This document shows, piece after piece, positions 48,034-57,680 of a stretch of DNA of 64,000 nt. Origin of the DNA: Giardia intestinalis (lineage: Eukaryota); assembly GCA_000002435.2 (NCBI GenBank), contig CM018791.1. The stretch is one strand, 5' to 3'. The first letter of the stretch is position 1. Every line of letters starts with the position of its first letter. The notes under the pieces are model-generated. The model was not told where the DNA came from. It worked only from the letters and a program-made list of their open reading frames with translations, and made no database searches. The position numbers and the translations under genes are program-made.

Positions 48034-51000
48034 CTATGTGTTTTTTCTTGTAATGCCGGTTATAACTATGCCGTTTAAAGTAGGCTTGGATGCTGCGTGG
48101 CCACTAAACCTTCTCGTTGCACCGATTGACGGTCTTTCTGTTGAGCGAGAAGAATTAGCAGTGTTTGCAATATGATCATTTTTGACAAGGGGCAGCACAG
48201 GCTGACTTGTGCTGTGTGCTGCATCTCCAATGGTGAATCGTACTATCTGTACCTCACTTTTGGCATCTTTCTCTAGTCGCCACTGAATGTACTGTTCTAG
48301 CCGTGATACCTCTTCCGCAGTCTTGGCAATGCCTTCAAGCTCAACTAGGTTTTCAATAGTGTAGAAGAGCTTAACCCGGAACTCGGCTATGTTCTTTTCC
48401 CGCACACTGAAAGGGTTCTCAGCGACAAATAGCTTTGTTAGAGATCGTAGCTTCTTCAGTGTGTCAAGGGTTTTGTCTCCATTGTGGATTTTATTTGCCC
48501 TGAGATCTAAAAGAAGTAGGGTCCCGTAAGACGTGAGGGGCTCAAGAAATTCTACGCTACGAATGTTACACAAATCGCATTTGAGAGTCTTGAGCTTAAC
48601 TAGTCCAGAGAAGCAGTCCTTGGAGACGGTTATAAGAGGGTTCTCACCTATGTCAAGATAGGTGAGCATCCTACCTACTGCACTGAATGCGTTATTTGGG
48701 AGCGAAGATATGTTGCACCCACGGAGAATGAGGCACTTTAGACACGGGAGCATCGTATTTGTGACCTTTATGGATCCTATTGGGTTATAGGAGACGTTGA
48801 GAGCCTCCAGGGTGTTGGACTTTAGCCCATTAAAAGGGTCTGAGATCTTATTGTAAGAGAGGTCTATTTGGATGAGGCTCGAAAACTCCTTGAGAGATGA
48901 TATATTGGTGATTGCGTTGCCACTGGCAAAGATTGTCTCTGCAGCGGTCACTATATGCGATATTGACTTTTCAAAGTTCAAGGTCATGATCCCGGAGTTA
49001 GAGAGACTCAGGGTGTTCTTGCCATTCCATGCGTTTAACGAAGTAACTATCTCTTGGTTGAGAGAGCCGACCAGCTTCAGCCTGTTCTGCCGTATCGTGG
49101 AAGGGTCTATGGAGACACAATTGAGACACTGAAGAGGAAGCATGTAGATGATGCCAGGAACAGGGTCCGATGGGGGAAGTATGACATGCGTACAGTTACT
49201 GCAACGATTGGACAAAGTGATTGCGACCTTCTCTGCTGAGCTTTTGATGCCAAGGCAGGATACAGTACGTAGTTGGGGAAGATCAGGCAGAGTATCTATT
49301 TCTAAACCTGGGTTGCAGTTCATATGCAGAGTGGTCAATGTCTCACTGTACGTGGCCAGCGAATTGATGCTTGTTATATTGTTACAAGATATGTCTAAGT
49401 CGACGAGACGATCCAGGGAATGTGCCAATAAGTCAAGCGTCTTGGACGTGATTTTGCAGTTGCTCAAATTAAGCACTTGAATGGAGCCATAACTTAGTAG
49501 GTTGCTTGGCTTGACCACAAAATTATATGATAGATCGACTGACAGCAGTGTATCTGGAAGCGTCTTGGGGATGTCAAAGGCCCCTATCATGGAATAATTT
49601 ATATGGTGCCCAAGAATCACAGGAGACAGCTCAAAGTATGTGCGGGCTACAATTGCCGTGCCTGTTGAGGCAGAGGATGGATTCATCAAATTGTAAGTCT
49701 CTGTCATCCACGGAGAAGCATTATCAAGATCAAGAAGTGCCACCATTTCTGTAAGGTCCTTGCTCTCAATTGTTATATTAAATACTTCACAGAGCATCGC
49801 TGGGTTACCGGCCATGTTCTTCCTAGCAATGAGGGGCTTGATCATGCGCCCATTTATTGACTGGAGGCTGGGGAGGAACCCGATGATGTGTAACGCATAG
49901 TACAGGTTGATGGAGGATTGGATGGTGAATGGGTTATCAAAGATAACTATGTGTCTGAGGCTTTGGCGTGTGGCAGCGGACAAACCTCGCAAGAGATCGG
50001 ATACATAAGAAATGTTATTAGAGGAAACGTCAAAGAATATCAGATTGGGGCAATCAATCGCTATCTCTTTCAACATGTTTGAAGATAGATCTAAACACTT
50101 TAAGCTTGGCAAAGAAATAGAGACACTTGTTAATAAGTTGCATGCCAGGGAAAGCCTTTCTGCGCTCGAGTAGCTACTGAGAAGATCAGGATGCTCCTGA
50201 AGCTGTGTAGATGTGAGTCCACAGTTATGTAGGTCGACCATGCGGGCGGTACTTGCGGGCTGCTGAACTGTTATGGAGTCTCGTTCGGTTGCAATCTTGT
50301 CTGGTGTGATCTGGCCTTGATGGGCAATCAGATTCACCAGAGGGGTGAACCTTGGCGGGGCTATTGAGGCAGTATGCCCGGGCCCGGGCCTGGACTTGAC
50401 ACCCCTGGGTGATGTGTTTTCTTGCCCAACCTCTGTGCATGCAATGGCGCTGTCTGGGATAACATTGCTTAATGCATCAATATGTGTCTTGTATTGCTGC
50501 CACACCATGGTCAATAGCCACTGAAGTAATGGATCATGGGAAGAATAGAACAGGGGAATACGGTGCTCAGTAGCCACCATAGGCGAGCACTCCACCACTG
50601 TCTCAGATAACTGTTCAGCCCGTGATTTCTGGGCCACTTTAGACACCGGTCCCTTACGGTAGATAATAGTTGTTCCTACGGTAGTGTACATAGTCGTGTT
50701 AATGTCTAGATGCTTTCTACCATCATGAACAGCTATTGTCTGATCAGACAGCTTGACAGCGATGAGCACTAGGGGCTCACCTATCCGAATCTTAGCGATC
50801 AGATCTAGCAGCTGACCTTCATCATACAAGGGTATTCGACGCAGCCCAGGGCGAATATTGAAGGGGTGATGTTGCCTTTGAGTAGTTTTAGAGGCCATTT
50901 GAAAGTACTGCTTATAAATGTCCTCCGTGAGGACCTCTGTGATCTTCTCGTTTGTTTCCTCCGTTGCCTCTGCCTTCACTATGGCAGATCTGTGAATAAC

Positions 51001-52563
51001 ATTTAAATTTAGCACTTTGCCAGTTGCACAGATGATGTTAGCTCCTATAATCTCGTGCACTAGACCGAAGATGTTGAGTGGAAACGCCGTATCCTTGTAA
51101 ACGTCTTCTCTATTCATGTCAAAGATGTCAGACATGCAGACATACATAAGGGGGTCTTGTTTCATGGACGAGATTTCCTCAAGATAATTCAGCGTAGGCG
51201 CTATGCACGTCTCAGATATCTCAAGTGCCTGATACTTTTGCCTACTGAAGTACGTGTCAGCTATGCGATTACTATGAAGGGTTGAGAAGACTGTGAATCT
51301 GGAAAGAGCATCTTCTAGTTGAGCCTTCCTCTGAGGGAATAGCTCCTCGGATAAGCCTGTGACTGCCTTGAAAAGGTCAATCTTAAGGAAGGAGAGACCA
51401 ACAACTTCGTGATATCTAAGGTATAGTTGGCGTAATAGAGCCAAAGCAGCGGCTAAACCCTGGTTCAAATTGTTCAACTCGACAAAGCCTAGCTTATGCA
51501 ACTCAGCAAAATCTCTGCGCATGCCCTCAGCATTTTCTGCTTCTGTGGCACTTATGTAATCATTCACGTGCTCCTTGCAGAGCAATAACAAGCGAAGGTC
51601 CATAAGGTCGCACTTAAGTCGCTCGTAGCTTTTGTAAATTTCCCTGAGAAAAGGCCGGGTGTAGGCGTCACATGCCGCAATAAACTGGTTCAGGTCTAGG
51701 TTTAGCATCAGAGAGATTAGTTTGTACTGCTTAACTGATGGGGCTGCGCAACACAAAGAGTAGTTCTTGGTGATGTCGCTGGCAGTATAATGCAATCCGT
51801 TGATTGTGCGCAGCTGAAGGTCGTATTTGGTAATGACATACGCGAAAAATTGCTCGATTTCTGCAAAGCTCATCAACTCAAAGAATGGAGTGCGGCCGGC
51901 CCGGGACTCAACATGAATAGAGCGAAGCATGGGGAAGGAGCCGTGCAGCATGTTTAGCAACGAAACAAAGTTGTATACCCTCGTTGCAGAAATGTCAACG
52001 GAGTAAAGCTTGGGGCAAAGCACGGGTAGAGCGTTGAAATTTGATATGTTTGTCCTCGAGATATCGAGATGGACAAGGTTTGGAAGGTTTGCTAGCCATG
52101 TAGTGTAAAACACAGGGTTATTTGCAACGTTCAGACCTCGTAGGCTTGTGGACTTTAGGTCTGATAACGATTTATCAGTCAGGTGGTTGTCAGGCAACGA
52201 AAGGTACTCGAGACGAGGAAGAGCGCTTAGTTCTGCAACGTGTGTGATCCTGTTGTCGTCCAGCCATAGGAATCGAAGCCCCGTAACCTTGGCTGCCTCC
52301 TCTATGTTGGTTATTCGGCACCTGATGAGCCGCAAGAGCGTGAGACCCCCAAGAAACCTCTCCAACCCCGCCACTTTGTGGTACCGTGGATGAAGGAAGA
52401 GGGTAATTGTGTTGCTGGGAGGGGTGGATTCAGCGACAGCTTTAGCATATCCAGACAGATGGTCTGCGACACACTGCACCGGCTCCTCAAAGGCGTGTTG
52501 CGCAAAGTCTAAACACACCTGTGGGTTAGCCTCGCAGAGTATTACATACGGATCGGCCGCCAT
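48034..52563 (-). CDS. Large leucine-rich-repeat protein (1509 aa).
   Basis: Multiple LxxLxLxxNxI-type repeats in N-terminal, central and C-terminal blocks (for example LRFLWLDDNRITHVAELSALPRLEYLSLPDNHLTD; LIQIDLSYNKISDPFNGLKSNTLEALNVSYNPIGSI). ATG at 52561-52563. Confidence 0.75.
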   Translation of the reverse strand: MAADPYVILCEANPQVCLDFAQHAFEEPVQCVADHLSGYAKAVAESTPPSNTITLFLHPRYHKVAGLERFLGGLTLLRLIRCRITNIEEAAKVTGLRFLWLDDNRITHVAELSALPRLEYLSLPDNHLTDKSLSDLKSTSLRGLNVANNPVFYTTWLANLPNLVHLDISRTNISNFNALPVLCPKLYSVDISATRVYNFVSLLNMLHGSFPMLRSIHVESRAGRTPFFELMSFAEIEQFFAYVITKYDLQLRTINGLHYTASDITKNYSLCCAAPSVKQYKLISLMLNLDLNQFIAACDAYTRPFLREIYKSYERLKCDLMDLRLLLLCKEHVNDYISATEAENAEGMRRDFAELHKLGFVELNNLNQGLAAALALLRQLYLRYHEVVGLSFLKIDLFKAVTGLSEELFPQRKAQLEDALSRFTVFSTLHSNRIADTYFSRQKYQALEISETCIAPTLNYLEEISSMKQDPLMYVCMSDIFDMNREDVYKDTAFPLNIFGLVHEIIGANIICATGKVLNLNVIHRSAIVKAEATEETNEKITEVLTEDIYKQYFQMASKTTQRQHHPFNIRPGLRRIPLYDEGQLLDLIAKIRIGEPLVLIAVKLSDQTIAVHDGRKHLDINTTMYTTVGTTIIYRKGPVSKVAQKSRAEQLSETVVECSPMVATEHRIPLFYSSHDPLLQWLLTMVWQQYKTHIDALSNVIPDSAIACTEVGQENTSPRGVKSRPGPGHTASIAPPRFTPLVNLIAHQGQITPDKIATERDSITVQQPASTARMVDLHNCGLTSTQLQEHPDLLSSYSSAERLSLACNLLTSVSISLPSLKCLDLSSNMLKEIAIDCPNLIFFDVSSNNISYVSDLLRGLSAATRQSLRHIVIFDNPFTIQSSINLYYALHIIGFLPSLQSINGRMIKPLIARKNMAGNPAMLCEVFNITIESKDLTEMVALLDLDNASPWMTETYNLMNPSSASTGTAIVARTYFELSPVILGHHINYSMIGAFDIPKTLPDTLLSVDLSYNFVVKPSNLLSYGSIQVLNLSNCKITSKTLDLLAHSLDRLVDLDISCNNITSINSLATYSETLTTLHMNCNPGLEIDTLPDLPQLRTVSCLGIKSSAEKVAITLSNRCSNCTHVILPPSDPVPGIIYMLPLQCLNCVSIDPSTIRQNRLKLVGSLNQEIVTSLNAWNGKNTLSLSNSGIMTLNFEKSISHIVTAAETIFASGNAITNISSLKEFSSLIQIDLSYNKISDPFNGLKSNTLEALNVSYNPIGSIKVTNTMLPCLKCLILRGCNISSLPNNAFSAVGRMLTYLDIGENPLITVSKDCFSGLVKLKTLKCDLCNIRSVEFLEPLTSYGTLLLLDLRANKIHNGDKTLDTLKKLRSLTKLFVAENPFSVREKNIAEFRVKLFYTIENLVELEGIAKTAEEVSRLEQYIQWRLEKDAKSEVQIVRFTIGDAAHSTSQPVLPLVKNDHIANTANSSRSTERPSIGATRRFSGHAASKPTLNGIVITGITRKNT

Positions 52564-52627
52564 GCGAGGAAAGGAAACGAACCTAACTCGGAATTTTCAA
52601 ATTAAGCAATAGTTTACAGACTGACAC

Positions 52628-53002
52628 TCAAAGATCCTGCGACCGATGGGAGCCCTTGCCCTCTCTTCCCTCCTTCGCGGAGCGGGCGACGCCTCCCTCG
52701 CGGATTGTGACGTTGGCGAAGATGGTCGCAAGCTCCTTGTCCTTGCGGAGGGCAGTTAGGATGTGGTTGGGGACGATGCGCTTCTGGCTCTTCTTGTCAC
52801 GGTGGTTGCACGCCTCCCGGAAGACCTCTGCGACGACGTTCTCGAGGACGGCCGCGAGGTAGACGGGCGCGTCGGACGAGATGCGCTCTGCATAGCGGCC
52901 CTCGCGCAGGTGGCGGTGGATACGCCCGATCGGGAACGAGATCCCCGCGCGCGCGGACCTGCTCTTCATCTTGCTGTTGTCCTTGACGGGCTTGGTGCTC
53001 AT
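52628..53002 (-). CDS. H2A: Histone H2A.
   Basis: [41 protein letters not shown] aligns with canonical H2A ([41 protein letters not shown]). Start re-anchored to ATG 53000-53002 (MSTKPVKD...); the ORF-track start at 53026 is a TTG. Confidence 0.9.
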   Translation of the reverse strand: [124 protein letters not shown]

Positions 53003-53058
53003 GGCTTTCTTTATCTGCGCGGACAATTTAAACTGAAATTATGCCTAAATCTGCGCTC

Positions 53059-53084
53059 CTGGACATCTCTAACTAATGATACTA
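53059..53084. repeat. Perfect tandem duplication of the 13-nt unit ctaactaatgata in the divergent spacer upstream of histone H2A, followed by an (A)ATAAA-rich tract.
   Basis: Read directly: tct CTAACTAATGATA CTAACTAATGATA aaaacgaaataaagtaataaaataataaag. Confidence 0.85.
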
Positions 53085-53201
53085 ACTAATGATAAAAACG
53101 AAATAAAGTAATAAAATAATAAAGACACGGTTCATTTTTAACCTCTTTGACTTTCTATTTCCATTTTAATCTTTTGCCAAAAACCGGGGAAAAGCCAGCT
53201 T

Positions 53202-55028
53202 ATGCAACAGAGAAACCTTTCGCTGGCAACCCCACAGCCGGTTGGAGTACAAGGAAACGCAGGATCTAAAATGCTAACGGAACTGGAAGAACTGGCAGAA
53301 GGCTCAGAGTACTACTCCATTGGTAAGTCCGCGATATCGTCCACCCAGTTTGCAGCCATGGAGCAGGCTCAGCAGAATTTCGTATCAATGGATGTTAGAA
53401 GGCTGATCTGGTATGTCTCGTACATTGATGTTCTTGCCTTTTTATTTAATGGAGTCATTAATATATGCGCATACAGCCTCACATACCAGTTTGGAGGCCT
53501 CAAGGCCATCAGCATAGAGGCTTCCGTACTCCCTTTGATCCTTTTGCTTTGCAGGAACCCCACGCAGGCCATCTTCTCCAGCATTTCCGGGCCAGTTTTC
53601 AAGGCACTTGCAATAGGAAATATCAACGTTGCAAACATATACGTAAGCCACGCAGTTCTAGTCAGTATCATTTGGAGCATTATGATCCCAATCATCTTTA
53701 TTGCATGGCACAAGCAGCTCCTATTCTTTATCGTGTCCGGACCCTACCATGCCGATACAGATTTTAGCTTTGGAAAAAAGTATCTGATAGCGTCTTTTGT
53801 CATACTCCCCCTCGCTTATACGTTTAGTTCGGGCGTAAACATTCTTTTAAAGCTCGAGAACAGAAACTTTCTCTACCTATCAAAGACAATCTACCTCGGA
53901 ATCTTGAGCCTGCTTCTTCTGTATGTGAGCTATTACATATCTGCTGCAAAGCTGCCGGGTTTTGGGACCAGCAAGCTCAGAGAAGGCACTGGACTTGAGT
54001 TGGTAGCCTATTCTATTGGTGCTGCGAACCTGATAGTAGGCCTGTGGATGGTCCTAGTTTTCATGAGAAAATCTGTTCTAGACATCCCCTTACACGGTGG
54101 ATTAGGATTTTCCTTCCGCAGGCTCTTTCCTTTAAACGGTAAGGTGCTTTTGCGCATCTTCATCCAAGGTCTGGCTTCGTGGAGCGGAATATCTGTCTTG
54201 AATGTCCTTATTTTCAGTCTCAATATAGTCTATGCTCGATGCTATACAGACACTGTTGCAATGATGCACAGCAAGACAGCATATCTCAACTATATGCTCA
54301 TGTATAATGTGGCCTCCATCTTCCTCGATGGAATGCGTCCAGGGTTCTCCACAATTGCTTCGTACAACCACAGTCTTCACAACTATAAGCGGCTCTATGC
54401 GCTCATTAAGTACAGCTGGCTTTACTGCACCGTTGCCACAGCTGCGGTTTGTCTTCTGCTCGGGGCCCTGTCAGACTACGTCATAGCTGGATATCAGCCC
54501 TCTTTTGATTCTGTCAGTCAAAAGGATGCACTATCTCTTTATATGATGGGCAACCCAGTTTATAAACGCGTGGGAAGGAGCGCTTTTTACACACCGTCGC
54601 TTATCGTGGCCCATAACATTGCACAGGTTATGGCGTCCATAGATAATAAGAGAAGCTTGTTCTACGTATTTATGACTGTTCGTCCTGTTTGCATCTTTGT
54701 CCTTATGCTGGTCTTGGCATTGACGAACGGCAACGGGGCAGACTTTTCTGTTTGCTTCCCAATTGGTGATGGAATTGCCGGCGCTGTTGGGCTGCTTGCC
54801 CTTGCCATGTACTTCACGAAGTATAGAAGTTTGGCTGCAAAGTTGGGAGATGCAGAAACATGCTGCTCACCTGTAGAGCCGACGGCGGTGAAGGGCGCCA
54901 GCTACTCGTCTGAGAGGAGCTTTACTTCTGAAGCTCTGAGCGACGACTCAACAGAGGACATCACAATCAGCTGCAGTAACACTGCAACAGAGGAGAGCAG
55001 CTTCACTGCATCTAGCAGAAGGGGGTGA
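53202..55028 (+). CDS. Polytopic membrane protein (~12 predicted TM helices). Tentatively a MATE/MOP-superfamily transporter or flippase-like protein.
   Basis: 608-aa ORF with about 12 hydrophobic segments of TM length. Size and topology resemble MOP-superfamily proteins. No diagnostic motif confirmed. Confidence 0.5.
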   Translation: MQQRNLSLATPQPVGVQGNAGSKMLTELEELAEGSEYYSIGKSAISSTQFAAMEQAQQNFVSMDVRRLIWYVSYIDVLAFLFNGVINICAYSLTYQFGGLKAISIEASVLPLILLLCRNPTQAIFSSISGPVFKALAIGNINVANIYVSHAVLVSIIWSIMIPIIFIAWHKQLLFFIVSGPYHADTDFSFGKKYLIASFVILPLAYTFSSGVNILLKLENRNFLYLSKTIYLGILSLLLLYVSYYISAAKLPGFGTSKLREGTGLELVAYSIGAANLIVGLWMVLVFMRKSVLDIPLHGGLGFSFRRLFPLNGKVLLRIFIQGLASWSGISVLNVLIFSLNIVYARCYTDTVAMMHSKTAYLNYMLMYNVASIFLDGMRPGFSTIASYNHSLHNYKRLYALIKYSWLYCTVATAAVCLLLGALSDYVIAGYQPSFDSVSQKDALSLYMMGNPVYKRVGRSAFYTPSLIVAHNIAQVMASIDNKRSLFYVFMTVRPVCIFVLMLVLALTNGNGADFSVCFPIGDGIAGAVGLLALAMYFTKYRSLAAKLGDAETCCSPVEPTAVKGASYSSERSFTSEALSDDSTEDITISCSNTATEESSFTASSRRG

Positions 55029-55055
55029 GGACGAATGTGTTTAAGACAGCATGCT

Positions 55056-57638
55056 TTAGTTCTTCATTAGCAGAGACATGCATGCAGAGAACGAACGCCT
55101 AGACACTCGTGGACTACGGTTTTTTCTCACATAATCTGACACGTCGCTTCCGTTCAAGGCCTTGAGAGAGTTCTCGAAAGCCTTCAGGTGCTTCACACAC
55201 TCAGTATGGCCATTTGTTGCTGCCAGCATGAGGGCGGTTACTCCATCTGTCCTCTGGATCCTTGCTTCAATGGGAATCAGGAGAAGGACACACTGCAGGT
55301 ACCCTCTTTCAGCGGCTATCATCAACGCTGTTGTTCCATCGCTCTTTTGGGCCCCTCCTTCTATCAACGCAAGGGCCCGTACAGAGTCTGGCTTATTGTT
55401 AGCAGCAGCAAGCATTAGCGCAGTGTTTCCCTCATTGTCCCTTAACATTTTCTCCAAAGGAGCTAAGATAGATATACAGTCGATCGAGCCTTTCTTCGCA
55501 GCCGCCATAAGGGCGGTCATACCACTCTCCTCGGTCATCTTAGCCTCGTGGTCCAGCAAGAGCATCACAGAAGCGGGATTATCGTGAAATGCTGCCGTGT
55601 ATAGCGCTGTTATTCCTGTTTTTGTCTGCATTCTGGCCTCTTTTGGTATTAGAAGCTCGATACAGTCAATATTATCCTTAGAAGCAGCGGCCATGAGAGC
55701 GGTCCCTCCCATTATGTTGCACAACCCAGCCTCCTCCTGTAGGAGAAGCTCAACGCATTGCTTGTGTCCCTTCTGCGAAGCAATAATGAGCGCAGAAACC
55801 CCGTTATTATCTTGCAGGCATGCTTCCTTCTCCATTAATATTTCAACACACTTGACATGATTGTTTGATGCGGCATTGTACAGGGCAAACCTGCCTAAAT
55901 TAGAGCGAATTCCTGCTTCCAATCTTTCTAGTATTGAAACGCACTCTGTATGGCCGTTTAGAGCGGCCAACATAAGCGCAGTTTGCCCCTTGCCGGCTTG
56001 CATCTCTGCCTCCCAAAGAGAGAGGACACGCGTGCTCTTAACGTGGCCGTTCTGGGCAGCGATCATGAGCGCCGTTGCACCCTCAGTGTTGGTCATCCGT
56101 GCCTCCTTCTGCACCAGCAATTCAACGGCTTCTATGCTGTCAGCGGAGGCTGCATAGAAGAGAGCAGTTCTTCCTTGCTCGTCTTGGGAGGTCGCCTCTG
56201 CCAGGAGGAGCTTTACACAGTCTGTGCTGCCATTCTTGGCTGCAAACATCAGAGAGGTTGCACCGCCCGCGCCATGAATTCCCAGCTCTCTAAGCAGCAG
56301 CTCTGTGCATTTAACGTGATTGTGGTGCGCAGCGAGCATCAGTGCAGTCATGCCATGCTTTACTGAAGTGTTTCCATTCCGGTACACCAACCGAGTTGGT
56401 CCAGTGTAGACCTTTCCAAGGTCACAGGAGTGGGCATGCATATCATCAATATCTCCCTGCTCAGCTGCACGCATCAATGAGGTATGCTTGTCTGTGGCAA
56501 TCCCATTTCTTGGGCTGCACTTTATGCTAGTAGCGTCTCTGGCAGTGCACTTCAATATGTGCTGACAGATATCAGTCAAGAGACCATCCTTTCCATTGAC
56601 TATAGCGTCATCCAAGATCTTGCTATCGTGATCCTTGACAAAAGTTTTGAATAGATCAGTGTCAGTGAGCGTGCTGGCAGATGACACGGATGTGCTCGAC
56701 AAGTGCAACTTAATGGCTTCTTCGTAGTTGAATATGGCTTGAGAGACCTCTGGAATTAGCACAATCTCTGAGGCGGTCATCCTCTGTGCTGGATCAATCT
56801 CTAGGCAAGCGTACATGAGTTTGTTAAGCGTTGGTGAGTACCCATAATCTGTGAGATCGATTGATGAAAACGCCGGCCGTTCCTGCCTCAGAACCTCAAA
56901 GCTTGGCTTCTTACGCAGACATATCTCATAAATCAGGCACCCTAATGCCCAGACATCCATCTTTGTAGTTAGATTGCCGTCACCAGACCTCACTTCCGGA
57001 GCAATGTAGACGTCCGTGTCCTCTGCGCTTACCATCGAATTAAATGCGTCAATTGCAACTGCCGATTGACTACTATTCAAAACAATCATTCTGGTCAACC
57101 CAGAAAGCTTTATACGTGCATGTATTGATCTATCCGTGAGAAGTATGGATCTGGGGGAAAGATGGGCGTAGATGATGGGGCCTGCATCACACGGCTGTGC
57201 ACCTGGTACGCCTGCCCCACCCTCCTCTATAGGCCCAGGTCTGAACGGAAGATGCAGATAAGCTAGAGCGCTGGCAACCTGACCTACTACGCTCCAAACG
57301 AACGTTTCACTCAAGATCCTATTTAGTCCACGCACATCGTGTAGTAGAGTTGCGAGAGTGCCCCCTTCGCATAGTTCCATATCGATTGTTAAACAACGAC
57401 CTGCAAGATCGTGTTTGGCTGAGAAATGGCGCACCAAATTTGGATGGTCGAGTGTTAGTGCGACCTGATAGATATATAGTAAATGCAAAGCAGGTGCAGA
57501 AGGGAAGTCCTCGATAGAAATATGCTTGACTGCCAAAGGTACGTCCGTGCCCCTTTTTTGGGCATAAAACACCTGCCCAGTGCCATTAGAGCTAAGTGGA
57601 GAGACGTCGACGTACAATTCGCTCGATAATAGACCCAT
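55056..57638 (-). CDS. NEK-family pseudokinase fused to a long C-terminal ankyrin-repeat array (Giardia 'NEK/21.1'-type architecture).
   Basis: N-terminal kinase-like fold with LDHPNLVRHF, but the catalytic loop reads YAHLSPRSILL (no HRD Asp) and the glycine loop is degenerate. About 18 ankyrin units of the TALMxAAxNGH type follow. Confidence 0.8.
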   Translation of the reverse strand: MGLLSSELYVDVSPLSSNGTGQVFYAQKRGTDVPLAVKHISIEDFPSAPALHLLYIYQVALTLDHPNLVRHFSAKHDLAGRCLTIDMELCEGGTLATLLHDVRGLNRILSETFVWSVVGQVASALAYLHLPFRPGPIEEGGAGVPGAQPCDAGPIIYAHLSPRSILLTDRSIHARIKLSGLTRMIVLNSSQSAVAIDAFNSMVSAEDTDVYIAPEVRSGDGNLTTKMDVWALGCLIYEICLRKKPSFEVLRQERPAFSSIDLTDYGYSPTLNKLMYACLEIDPAQRMTASEIVLIPEVSQAIFNYEEAIKLHLSSTSVSSASTLTDTDLFKTFVKDHDSKILDDAIVNGKDGLLTDICQHILKCTARDATSIKCSPRNGIATDKHTSLMRAAEQGDIDDMHAHSCDLGKVYTGPTRLVYRNGNTSVKHGMTALMLAAHHNHVKCTELLLRELGIHGAGGATSLMFAAKNGSTDCVKLLLAEATSQDEQGRTALFYAASADSIEAVELLVQKEARMTNTEGATALMIAAQNGHVKSTRVLSLWEAEMQAGKGQTALMLAALNGHTECVSILERLEAGIRSNLGRFALYNAASNNHVKCVEILMEKEACLQDNNGVSALIIASQKGHKQCVELLLQEEAGLCNIMGGTALMAAASKDNIDCIELLIPKEARMQTKTGITALYTAAFHDNPASVMLLLDHEAKMTEESGMTALMAAAKKGSIDCISILAPLEKMLRDNEGNTALMLAAANNKPDSVRALALIEGGAQKSDGTTALMIAAERGYLQCVLLLIPIEARIQRTDGVTALMLAATNGHTECVKHLKAFENSLKALNGSDVSDYVRKNRSPRVSRRSFSACMSLLMKN

Positions 57639-57680
57639 GTGACCCCGCAGAGACGTTGCAGCCTTAGGACGCTTTTTTAA

